A DNA stretch of 63,030 nucleotides, the filler included, from Phoronis australis (Eukaryota > Animalia > Phoronida), in NCBI GenBank assembly GCA_002633005.1. It is 6 parts of 6 records of this genome, joined end to end, with 100 filler letters (N's around TTAATTAATTAA, not from the genome) between each part and the next. Parts side by side here need not be neighbours in the genome. Positions count along the whole stretch, not along the records: positions 9,919 to 28,296 come from NMRA01001467.1; 5 more parts are not named here. One strand, written 5' to 3'. The position numbers were made by a program, and so were the translations under genes. The notes beneath the pieces are model-generated. The model ran no database searches. It was not told where the DNA came from and was given only the letters and a program-made list of their open reading frames with translations. Position 1 is the first letter of the stretch, and each line of letters opens with the position of its first letter. Positions 11,824 through 25,200 of this stretch are shown piece after piece.

Positions 11824-13066
11824 TAGTCTAGGATAAGCCCTAGACTCTAGGCTAGAGTCTAGACGATAACATATAAATAAAGAGAAAGGTATACAACTGC
11901 TATCCAATATGGCCGACCTCCAGATACTTCCAGAGCTGGTCCAAGCGTGTCAAATCTCACAGAAATTGAAGTCAAACATTTTATATGCGACATCAACATG
12001 TTCACTACTTCCATTTGTTGACATCGAACCAATCAAAACTACATACCAGCACACCTCCACTCCAGATTTTCCGATTTCAATCGCCAACATTCACGGCAAA
12101 GAGAAGTGACAAAAAACTTTCGTGAGGTGGCAACTAATGCGCATGCTCACAACTGTTTTGATTTCTGGTCTCTCCCCCTCACTAAGCATTTTGATGTGTA
12201 CCTGTACAGCCTCTTCTCTACCTGTGTCGCCTGTTTTGAGTCTGTGAACTGTTTCCTTGACAGTGGTTTAGAGTAATAAACCAAAACATTGGATAGATAT
12301 GCCGTTATTTACTTACGCGCTAATTTTAAAGTTCATGCTCACAAGGCCGATGACATCATTTTCAGCTGATGTGTTGTCTTTGTTCTTTTCCTTTTAAGCT
12401 GTGTAATCCATTGTTTTCATCAAACATGAGGTTGATGCTCCTGTTCCATATGCTAACAATACATTTAAACAGCAATATCTCTGTAGAAATCGATCCAAAT
12501 TGTACATAATACAAACCACCATGTTCGTCACAATGAGACGAATCTTTTGATAAGCAGCACATGCATATTCTTTTGTTTTTTTATTACAGAATTAATATAA
12601 AAAGGCAGATATTTTATGCACAATTGTCACGTTTCAACGGCCATTTTTTCAGTAACCGCTCACCCAATTTTTACGATTTTTGCACTATTTCATTTCTCAC
12701 AACATGTGCTTTTCAAAAATGTATGACACATGGGCATTGTAAACAAAATTAATAAGACGTCTTCCTTGCTGTTTGTCCTGGTTGTCACACTGGTCGTATA
12801 TTGGCGGTCCCTAATTTCATGAACCAGTTTCATACACTTAATTGTGACTGAATAACACCTCATTATTCAGTGATTGCCTGGTTCTCAAAATCAGGGACTA
12901 AAATTTAGGTTTGTCTTAGCTAAGCCAGTTTTGTTGGAACCGGCCCCAGGTCCAATGCCAGGTAAAAAAAAATTTTAGTACCACAAATGTCCAGTTGGTG
13001 TCTTATTATTGTTTAGTCACTTTAAGAAACAGTGACATAATTTTACATTTAATGCTTTATTTTCAG

Positions 13067-13218
13067 GTTTCCAAACATCTCCACGATGTATGGTCAACAT
13101 AGTAGACCTTCCAGAAACACACCGGATGATTCAAGAAACATGCCGGAACTTTGCTGACAATGAGCTATCACCTGTGGCATTTAAGCATGACAAAGAACAC
13201 CTGTATCCCAGGGAACAG
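13067..13218 (+). CDS. ACADS: ACADS exon (GFQTSPR...[21 protein letters not shown]...YPREQ)
   Basis: tttcag|...|gtgatt, phase 1-0. Confidence 0.92.
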
Positions 13219-16200
13219 GTGATTTGAGCTTTTCTGCTAACTTGGATTTGTTTGTTTATAAAACATTTTTTGTTCAGGCCTCTCAGTATTCAGGGCTTGG
13301 AATTTTCCGTGGAAACGCAGATTTCCGCTTTTTTCAAATGTTCTTTCCGCGTAAAAAAAAATCGGATTTGATATAAAATTTCTGCGGCAAATGTCTTTCT
13401 TACCGCCGCGTTGCCGACGACTTTCACCTCGAAAAGCGGAAGTTGCTCTTTATGTTTCGGAGGAACGTAAATTGTCAACATTGCCGGGGCATCTGGGATA
13501 GTATGGTGGATTTCCTCAATGGCGGCATGGCGGCTCATGTGACTATAAACCGCGGTGACAAATACTACGACTCTGTAGCCAAAAAATGTTTGGAGGCGGG
13601 AGTGGCAGACGAGCTATGACAGACGCAGACGCAAAAGGGACCCGCTCATCCAAAACCTTTACGGCAAACAGATGGCGCTGGATGCAATTACAGCGCTGCT
13701 TACAGTCATGTGACATTCTTGTGTGAACTGCATCTTGACCCAGCACCTTGACCTACATTCTACAGCTGCTGACGTCACATCGCCGTTGTGACAACGTGAC
13801 ATGATGAGCTCAGTGCTTTATACTGTCAGCTGTTATTAATCATGGCCACCAACATGTTCATACTGCATGGTTCAGTTCGTTAAACAGGTACTATATACGA
13901 TGAAACCACTCTCTTTTGCCTTTGTGTTGACAGAACATAAAATATTACAGACGTTTCTACTTGGTAAACATCAGCTGCCGTGCCGTGCCACAGACGGCCA
14001 GTCCGGTCTGCTGGGCTCAGTGTTGTTGGCTAACGAGACACTGAACGAAAAAGAAAATATCGCAAGAGAATAAAACCTAGCACGTATATCACCATGTATA
14101 ATTCAAGCATAATTTAAAAAATATAGTGGCTATATTTCAACCTAATTAAAATTATGGTTGTTGAGTTGCCAAAATCTCGCCGGGCGGAAAAGTGGCCGGG
14201 CCCGGTTTAGTAGCCTCACCATGGTCACGTTCATTGAATATATATTTTACCCCAGCGTTTAGGCCGAGCAACCACAACAGCGTAGATTATTAATACTTTC
14301 ATCTTAATTATATGTTATAAAGAGTTATTACAAATGGGTTTTAAACATGGAATGTCGGACACAAAGATTTCTTTTCCACACAAATTCGCCACTCATCAGG
14401 ACATACACTGTCTGGTTCATGAACTCTCGTGACCTGTGGCTACAGTCAGCAGCAGCAGAATGTAGGTCAAGGTGCTTGGTTAAGATTCTCTGGCAGACAG
14501 TCTTATTTGAGCGATAAAATAACACGTGATTGATGAGAAGCGCCATCTGTTTGCCGTAAAGGTTTTGGATGAGCGGGTACCTTTTGCGACGCAGACGCAC
14601 GCTTCCGGAGGTGGTAGCGTTTTTTTTTTTTTTTTAGTCCCCGATTTTGGTCGGCAAAAGGTCCTGTTTCAAGGCTGGCTGCACGCATGTTTCGGGCCGT
14701 AAAAATTTCCGCATTTTTCGCCATTGGTCATTCCAAGCCCTGAGTATTAACGCCTGCACATTTTCCCAAATCAGCGAAATAATGTACTTAGGCCTTGCTG
14801 ATTGATTTCACAAATTCAAGGCTTAGCAATGCTGAACATGGTTCTAATTGCTTGTACAAATTGTCTCTGCACCCAAGTGTGTTGTGATTATAGTGGGAAT
14901 TAGATGTTTCAAAGGCCTTCGTGTGCATGTTACGACAGTTTGTACAACCTTCACCAATTGTCGCTATGTCAGAGTTACTACGGTTGATGCAGCCCTCATG
15001 GTTTGTATAGTAGAAAAGTGATGGCAGTTTGTGCTACGAAGATCTGTAAATTAATGGAACCCTCACGATTTGTAACAAAGAAAAGAGATGGCAGTTTGTG
15101 CTGCGCAGATCTGCAAGACAGTATGAAGATTGGGACAGTCTGTGTAGTTGCCACAGCTTACTTTTTAACAGTTCTCTATAAAAATGTGTTGCTCATCATG
15201 TGAACTCTATCCAGATCTAAAGCATCTTATGTTAGGTTTCGCTCTCCACTTCAAAACTAGACGTTGTTTGCTGTCTTGCGTCCAAAATTACATAGATCAT
15301 TGAAAACACATAGCAAATGACCATCTCTTAGTTGCTTCTTGTACAGGATCACCTCTGATACACCTCTGACATACGGCATGTTGATCATTTCTGTTAAATT
15401 GTTGGCGGTTTGGTTAGTAGCATCTCAAGTCTATCAAAACACTTTGATTTTTAAAAAAAATTCTAACATTTCAAAATTCATTTCTAGAACAAAGACAAGA
15501 AGAGTTGACACCTTAACAGTAAAATGTAACCAACAAATAATGGGTCAAATATGCAAAATTAACATTTATTGGCAAGTGCCGTATCTCGGATGAATTCGAC
15601 CAACGTTTTGTTCCTAAGTGGCATTTCTATTGTTTTTGTGTCCTTAGTCACCAGCTTCCCTATCCTCTAAACTTCTTGAGTGGAGCATTTCTGACTTGAT
15701 TTGCACCCTCTAGAAACTGTAACTAAGTTTTAAAGTTGTGTTGCTCTATTTAGTGTGAATGTATCTGTGTGATGCGCATGGTAGGAGTATATCAACGCTC
15801 TGCATTGCTCTTTTCATACTCCTTATAATTCTAGATATTTTGACCTCAGCTGCTTCCTAACATTCCTATTTTTGTTGTCATGCTAACATGACTAATGTTG
15901 ACTAAATGTGTTCACCAGGTAAAAAAGCTTGGTGAACTTGGTCTCCTAGCTATTGAGGTGTCAGAACAATATGGTGGCACTGGACTGGATTCACTTGCCT
16001 ACGCCATTGCCATGGAAGAAATAAGTCGAGGGGATGCAAGCACTGGATGTATCATGAGTGTCAGTAATGTGAGTAGGTGTTGGTGTTCAATTCACTGAGT
16101 TCATGCCTTGCCAACATCGACACTGAGGTCTGTGTATGAAGGAACAAACAAAGGCAGATCTAGCTTCTTACGAAAAGGGAGGTGCAAGCAAACAATCGTT

Positions 16201-19200
16201 TCCAGAAGGGAATTCAGCAATAGTCGTATGTAACATTTTGAGAACCAGTTTGATGCTCGTTATTCAGTGCAGAAAACTGGTTCAAAATGGTGAGACGTAA
16301 TACCCGACTATTATTGAGCATTCTATATCACAAGCAAGTAATGAAATTTATTGCTGCGATCTCTGCATCCAGCTCTTATTTAACAGCACTGTATGAATTA
16401 TAATTTATATTCTATTTAGAGTTATTTTCCAGCACTGTATTAATTATAATTTATAATTCTAGTTAGAACTTTTTAAGAGCACTGTATTATTTATAATCAT
16501 CATAAAACAAAACACGGTTGCGGTTTGGTTTTTTCTCCGGTTTTGTTGCGTGACCCATCATTCAGAGGGGTTAGCATGTGCAGGTAAATCAATTTAGGGG
16601 TTATTTAGGTTGTACACCGAGATATCAATCATCATTCAAAACTACTGCGTGACAGTATGACATTTTGTCAACTCATCGATTACTTTCATTTCCAGTCATT
16701 ATATCTTTCACCACTTATGAAGTTTGGCTCTGAAAAACAGAAAGAGGAATTTGTTAAGCCCTTCATCAATGGCGATAAGGTTGGCTGCTTTGGTTTGAGT
16801 GAACCAGGTAGGTTGTTGATTTCACCAATTAGAATTGGCCATGAGAGATTATCTAATCATTTCGACTTTCAGTGAACATTCAACTGGTTAATACTGAAAT
16901 TTTGAAAATCGCACCCATTTGCAAAGAAAGGAGCAAAACAGATGTGATGAAATCATGAACTAAGATGAACAAGACTGAAGTCAAACAATCAAGTGGCAGC
17001 ATTTTGCGGCTATGACATGTAGATTTTTTTCTGCTATAAATCGAAAGATCTGTTATTCAAAAACCATCTCTTTTATGTTTACAGTGTTCCTGCAGTTCAT
17101 TAGCTCTTGGATTTTGCTTTAAAAATGTGCATTTAATATTGGCTAACCTGTTGACACACCTTACCTGCTGTTCATTGTCCAAACTAATATTTACTCGTAA
17201 TGACGTTCATGGGATAGCTTCTGTATTTATGGATGCAAATGGCTCAGACCAATATCCTGGCTGCAAATTTCAAAATATGTAAAGGATCGAGTAGTCAAAC
17301 GATTTTTCAGCTTTTAAAAATATGCAATTTTTTTCATTAAACCTACCGTTTTTCTACAGTGACTGAAGAAACCATGTCTTTCATTGCCTATATGTCAGTT
17401 AACTGTAGAATTTTTGTCATTTTGTTGTGAAACAAAAACTGGCCAATTAGTGCAGTAAACCTGTTTTCTAAGTCAGTGATTGTGTGACTTTTAATTCTGA
17501 ACAGTAAACTGTAAATGAAAAGGTCACTGGGGCACAGAACACAGATGAGATTTGTAAACTTGGGAATTTGTCTGTGAAACATTGCTGTATATTTTTTAAA
17601 CTGAGTGGGTAACACGCCAGGAATTGAAAAGTGGAATGTTGCGGGGAAATGTGAGCGGATAGTTGATGAATGATTAACGATTTGAAAGAATAAGAGGCAC
17701 TTTTAATTAACCATCTTGCAGATTCCATTTTAGGCTTGAGGGGGGGGGGCAACAAATCTGCTTAGGGGTTTAGAGTTTTGGAGATGGTTGTAAATGATGG
17801 GTCTCACAGGTGTCATGCACAATAGGCCTTTTGAAATTGGCTTGCAAGGTCAGTGAAAGCAGTTCATGTGAACCCTCCTATTAATCATAAAACTCTCCCA
17901 GTTGGATTGTGTAACTAATCTCAGCTTAACAAAGGCTTTATGGTCCTGGCTGAGACAATAATTGTTTTGTTACCCTGCTTGAATCCTGATTAGCTGAGCC
18001 TGGAATGTCCATCACCAGCATGGTATTCTTTGCTTTTGTTTTAGGTTGTTATCGCACTTCAAAACAACACTTTGTAAAAATTATTTATTGTTCAGCCGCC
18101 ATTTTTATCAAAGACGAAAGGAAACTCAAAGATATCAAATTTAAGAAACCTAACAGTGTAGCCTAGCAACAATGTTGAATGATGAGATAGGATTTGTGAC
18201 TTATAGGTCAGAATTCACTGTGTTTGTTCCACAAGCAAAGATTGCTCTCCGTAAGTGATGGCTGTTGTCGACAGATACATCAGCTGTCATGTGTCCGATG
18301 TTTGCTAGTAATTATTGTAAAAAGCATATATGTGCCACAGTGGTCTTGGAAAAGAGCAAAGTACGAATCAGTAAGATTTTGAAGTTGCTATGGATCCACT
18401 ACTGATTCTACGCAATGTCAGTTTTCTCAATGTGAGGTTAAATGGAATGCTTTGGTAGAATTTTACACATAACATATGCCTTCCAGTTAGTAACAACATG
18501 ACGGCGACATCCCGTTGCTCCCAACTTGTTCGATTCTATAGCCCAACAACAAGTTGGGAAGTTTACCCCCGTAACCAATATCTTACATGACTGATTAACT
18601 CCATTCTCGCATTCATGGTTGGAGGGCCTGTGGTCTTTTGTTCGATAATTGCTCTAATCTCCGATCAGATTGTATCTAGCCTCACTGGGCTGGGCTGATA
18701 AAAATGGAAATTATTAAGTTATAACATATTTGAGCTTAAACCAATAGCATTTCTGAATTCCTTGTCAAATGCTGATCATGTTCCATTTTTGAATCACCAA
18801 AATTGCCCAACTACAACAGAAGTTAAGACAATCTATTCTGTCCAAACAGATTACCAACGCACTGGGTTTGACTGTGTTCTTACGCGTTCGGTAATAGCGT
18901 GCAACCACCATACATTTCCTTTGAAGCCTGGGAGATAATTGGCCTACTTGTTATCATACGGGTCAAAAGACTGAGCTGGGCAGTTAACAAAAGAGCTAGA
19001 TGTTATCGCACGTTCAGCACCCCTCATGTCTGGAAAAGTTACTGAACGACAGAACGCTGTAATGGAAAAAGTTTTGCATGAATATCATTTTTGTTAGGTA
19101 ACATTATGACACGGTCTCAGAACATGCATGGTTTTGAAGAATTCGAGTTGTATAGCTGCTATGACGAAAATTTCAAACCATTCCAAGTTGTTTTTAGAGA

Positions 19201-22200
19201 CATGCCTTTGGTTGTGTTCTTTACAGTGTATGCACATTGGAGGCACTGTAGAAATCAGTTGTTGCATTTGTTGTGTACACGAATGTCTCATCACTAGGTA
19301 ATGGTAGTGATGCAGGGGCTGCTGCCACCACCGCCCGACTGGAGGGGGACCACTGGGTGCTCAATGGGTCCAAGTGCTGGATCACCAATGGTTATGAGGC
19401 AGAGGCCTGTGTGGTAATTATGCTCCAGCACCTTACATGAAATACACTCATTCACTTGTGTTCTATTGACTGTCTTATTCTTGCAGATGATTGATATGTG
19501 TGGTTGCTAACAACTGCGCAAAATGCCTGTTGCTGTTTATAGCAGATGCAAAACTTTCCAGATGGAAGGGTCAAAAATATCTGATGGCTACTGACTATGT
19601 CCTCAACTGTTTTCATTTTTATGATTGATACCCTGTTATAAGAAGTATTGTCACATTTTCTTGGTTCACAGTCTATAACAACGTGTATGTTGAAAACAAA
19701 TTTTTTTTGCTTGTGACAGTTGTATATTATTACTGACACTCAGTTTGATTGTCATAGAAAGCATTCAATGTTGGCCCCCTCCTCTGTTTTCTTTTTACTG
19801 CAGATGTTTTATGAAATTGTTGTGTGCAAGTTCCGAGCAGTACTTGACATAGTATTTTATATTTTATAGGTTTTTGCAACTACAGACAAGTCCAAGAAAC
19901 ATAAGGTAGGCTGTAACTGCAGTCAACATATGACTCTATGTTTTTTTAGTGGAAGGAGAATGAAAATTCGACATGAAAAACTTAATTATGGAAAACTCGT
20001 GAATTACAAAATGGAGAATACAATCTTCGATTATTACAGTTACTGGTCACCAACTTATTTCTATTCATTATTACTCTTACAGGGCATCAGTGCTTTTGTC
20101 TTCAATAAGCCTATTGAGGGACTTACCTTAGGACAGAAGGAAGATAAACTTGGAATACGAGCGACCTCCACAACCACCTTAAATTTTGATGAGTGCAGGA
20201 TACCAAAAGATGCTATATTGGGCGAGCCAGGATTTGGCTTTAAAATAGCCATGGTATAGTTGTGTGTTTACATCCCACTTTTCACTTTGCTTGGTTTATG
20301 TGGGATAGTGCTGTATTACGTGATGAAGTACATTTACACTGAAGTCCCAGCAAGATTGTTTCCAGGTGGAGAAGTTTTACCCCAGTTTGCTTTGAACATG
20401 GAGGTGTGTGATTATCATTCAAATGCACGCACTGAGTCAGTTGAGTGATACTAACTGTGTTGTAATCGACATTTTTATTATTTAAACTGCTTTCACGCAT
20501 AGCCTGCATGCAATTATCTTGACTAAGTAGCATTATAGGACATAAAAGATATAATAGTAATGGGATGTGTGAAAGTGTGGTGGATGATAGAGGATAATGA
20601 AATAGACACGTGTAAACACAGTATTCCGATCATTTGGTTTGTACAGGTCACTCAGTCTCTCTCACAAACAAGCTTTGAATTCAAACAAGGTATAACTCTT
20701 GCTATCTATACCAAAGTTGTTTTCTTGCTGGCCTTTCAAATGATAATGCTCTCAAACCCTGAGATCCTTTTGAACACTTCTTTTTATGGCATTTTAAACA
20801 CATTATTTTCATATACCATCTATTTTGCAAAACTTTTTCAGTTTCTATACTGATTTTTGTTCCAATACAAATTTTGATGTGTTCCAAGCGTTAAGCAGCA
20901 AATCTGTTTTAGTAAAAACGGTACTTGAATAGAACCTGCCATAATTTTGAGTCTTTGGCTGTGATTTTAGATGACGTTAGATGGAGGACGTATCGGCATT
21001 GCTGGTCAAGCTTTAGGTATAGCACAGGTAAGTGTCGGAGTTGTGCTTCCCCAGTGGGCATGTTGAAGGGGCATTTTAATGAATCAAATATTCAATTTGA
21101 ACTGCCATTTCCTTATGTCAAACAGATAAAATAAGATTTGGATTGTTCCACATGGCTGGTCATTCTATTGTCATGTACATTCAGTGTTCTTAGAACGTGC
21201 CCCACAGTCTGAACAGCACTGTATTAGATCTAAAGACAGAGTGCTGTCTTAGAAGAGGATTTCAACCTGCTACAAATACTTTTTGTTGCCATGTGAATCA
21301 CTAGATTATAAGCATTGGTACCGTTTCTTATGTTACTCGATTTTCCTCTGTAGAAAATGTGGCTGTAAAAACATTTGAAAAAGATTGGAATGATCTGCTA
21401 ATTATTATTTCAGGCAGCTCTTGACTGTGCCGTGGATTATGCGTTCAAGAGAGAGGCTTTCAACAATCCCATTGCCAACTTTCAAGCCATTCAGGTAATC
21501 ATTACTTTGCACAGTCATGTACTTGCAGTTTTAACTGTCACTATTTTTTACCAGTCTTGGGTGAAGCGAAGTTCATTAATTTTTTTCAACTTAGGAAATC
21601 AATTCTGTTTTTTGGAGTTAGTTTCTACTTTTGAGATGTTTTTGAATACGGTTAAGTTTAGTGATATTATCCCTCTTTGGTAAATTTTAACAAATGAAGT
21701 GAAGTTTGAACTTGATCAATAATTAGTGTAAATCATAACGAGCAATTAATATTTTGCCATATTCATCCCAATAAGCATCCATGTCGTTATAAGAGTCCTC
21801 CCAGCTAGCTTTTGAACTTGCCATCCAGTTCAAGTGATGATACATAACAGACACTAACTTATCACTAAATAAGGTTGGTCAAGTGCAAATTCTTATTTTC
21901 ACAACCAAAATATAAGTACCTTGACAGTATTAGTACCTTGACAGTGTTAGTACCTCGACAGCGTTAGTACCTTGACAGCGTTAGTACCTTGACAGCGTTA
22001 GTACCTTGACAGCGTTAGTACCTTGACAGCGTTAGTACCTTGACAGCGTTAGTACCTTGACAGCGTTAGTACCTTGACAGTTTCGGCTCCTATCAGCTGC
22101 CATCTTCCGAAGTTATTGGACATTAGGTGGCTGTTCCAAATTTTAGACAACTAATACCCTCCATCATTCATAACTGAGCCACTTTTTCTGACCCAAAGAG

Positions 22201-25200
22201 ACTCTCTTATCCGTCTAGGTCTTAAATTATTTTCTGACTTAACAGGATAAGCATCATACCAGTTAATTACATCAGGAGCATGATGAGTCACTGCAGATTT
22301 GTCAATAGAACTCTGTATTGTTTCCACCTGTCATTATGATTTTTGATTTCAGATGAAAATTGCTGACATGGAGACCAGGTTGGAATCAGCTCGTCTACTC
22401 ACATGGAAAGCAGCTTTGCTGAAGGATGCTGGAAAGCCATTCTCTAAAGAGGCAGCTATGGCGAAATTGGCTGCATCAGAAACTGCAACATTTAATGCAC
22501 ATCAGGTACATACTTTAGCATATCTCTGTTGTTATCATTGAATTTAGTGCCCAGATTTTATGCCCAAGGTGTTTCAAAAACATGAAGATAATTTTTATGC
22601 GTCCACAATTTTATATGTCACATATTTATTATGTGGGTGCATTTTGCCGACATCTCTGTCTGGGCATCCGGCGTCTGCAGCTGTATCTCCTAAACCCCTC
22701 ATAGGATCTTGATGAGATTCGGCAGATGTGTTCCTATGAAGCTGAAAACAGATGACGACGAATTTCAGATGGCTCCAACTACCTAGTGGCAATTTTAGTT
22801 TTTTACATTTAGATCATATGTTTAAAGATTGTCATCAGATTTTCATGAAATTTGGCACATAGGCCTCAATTAGTGAAGTGATGCTATCATCTCATTTTAG
22901 GACGGATTCGAGGTATTTTGCGCTACCTTGTGGCCATATTTACTGTTTTGGAGTCTGTTTTTTAGTGTCCGCCCTCTATCAACCGAACTACTCTAAGGGT
23001 GACTGAAAATAGGCATTTATATGATTGTTCTTAGTGTCAAGAAGACGGTTGACTATGATTTTCCCCGACTTCCACTACTGTGGTGCCTCCTAGTGGCATT
23101 TTTGCACCCATAGGTGTATGTGCTAAACCCATTGCAGGATCTTTATTAAATTTAGCAAGTGTATTGATATGAGGTTGACAACGGACTATGACGACTTTCA
23201 GACGGATCCGATGAACGCTATGCCGCCTAGTGGCAATTTCATTTTTTTACGTTTTCTTCTGTTTCTCTGAAGTGCCGTGACGAATTTTTATGAAATTTGG
23301 GTAATAACTTTCTATTAAGGAAATGATGACATGTTCCTGTTTTTGGATGGATTCGAGGCATTTTACGCCATCTAGTGGCCATTTTTGCTGTTTTCATAAC
23401 TTTTTTGGCGTCCCTTCTTTATGAACCAAACTACTCTAAGGATTGTTGTCTTATATGTTCTTAGTGTGAGGAGAACGTTTGACGATGATTTTTCAACGAC
23501 TTGGACCACTGTGGCGCCTCCTAGTGACAGTTTTGTTGTTTTTTTGTGCCCTAAACCTTCTGCAGGATCTTAATTAAATTTAGCAAGTGTATTTATATGA
23601 AGTTGGCAAGGGATGACGACGATTGTCAGACAGATCCTACGAACGCCGAGCCCCCTACTGGCAATTTCATTTTTTCCATTTTGCTCTGTTTCTCTAAAGT
23701 TCCGTGACTGATTTTTATGAAATTTGGTAAATAGCTTTCAATTAAGAAACGATGATATGTTCTGGTTTTGGTTGGTTTTACATATTTTGCGCCTTCTAGT
23801 GGCCATTTTTATGATACAAACACTTTTAGAAGCACACCATGTGCGGTGCATTCGTGGGCGCATTTCAATGCTTCGCGTTGCTCTTGTTTGTGATTAAAGT
23901 TGCCTTGGTTGCTTTATGGTTAAGAATGTGAATTCCCGGCCAGTGTAAACATGTTTAGTGCATTGTTGTTGGAAGCTATTGGGGCAAAATAGGTCCGAAG
24001 TATAGCGCTTAAAACTTTTATTATTATTGTGACTTTGTCATTAATTTGCCAGTAAATGTTTCGTGAATTTTTCCTGGATGAAAATACATGTACGCGTACT
24101 TATCTGACCAGTTCCAAGAGAGAACACTGACACACAGTGATTTAATTGACTGATAGCAGCGACCTGTAATACCACTAAAGCAGGGTCAAAAATATTCAAT
24201 CAACTTCTATAACTTATGCTTAAATGGATGGCACCCAATTTTGGGAAACATAGTTTACATGTCATCTACATAATAGGCTGTTGGCATCTGGGTGAAATAT
24301 GTTTTCAATCTTCATAAGCCTTCACATTTTCTTTTGTCCCTATGACATCTAAAAGTTGCAGGGTCCTGAGAACAAGTTTTAAGCAGGTAGCATATCTATC
24401 AATTTCAAATTCGGTTTATCGTCTTGCAACATGACTGTATTGAGAAAAATCAACACACTTTCTTTTGTCTCTGTCACGTGTAAAAGTTGCACAATCCTGA
24501 GAAAAAAATTTAAAGCAAGTAGCTTGTCTATGAATTTCAAATTTGTTTTGTCATCTTGCAGCATGACTCCTTTGAGAAAAAAATCAATTTTAGTACTGGT
24601 GCTTACTGTTGTGAGCACAATATTGTGCTCTCCGGTTGACCCCAACTTGTTCAGTTGGATAGCAAATGAACAAGTTGGGGGTTGACCAGTGTAGCACATT
24701 GTGGCAATAATGGTTGGAGGGCTAGCTCTCTTTTGTTTGATAATTGCTCTAATCCTGATAAGATCTTAATATTTACCCTGATGGGGCTGTGCTGTTAATG
24801 AAATATAAGTAATGTTATAAACTGTTTGAACATAAATCAATAACAATTCTGAATTCCTGGTCAAATGCTGATCATTTATAGTTTTTGAAATACCAAAATC
24901 ATCCAACTATCACGGAAGTTAAGAGAATCTATTTTGTTGGAACCCATTACAGTTTCAGTAACTTCTTGAAACATGTTGGTAGATAATTGGCCTGAATGTT
25001 GTCATGCCAGACAAAAGACTGCACTCAGCAGCTACTACAGGAGTGGGGTGTTATCAGACATTCACAACCAGCATGCGTCTGGTAAAGTAATTGAGCTGGA
25101 GAACCACTGAATGACATAGTTTACATGTTCACAAAGTTTTCCATTTTATCAGTTGTACAGTACATGGTATCAGGCTCCCTCCCACAAGTGACTCAGTGAA

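Noticed and set aside
11909-12109. ORF as ACADS exon 1
   Set aside because: Acidic N-terminus unlike a mitochondrial presequence, and no suitable phase-1 donor seen.
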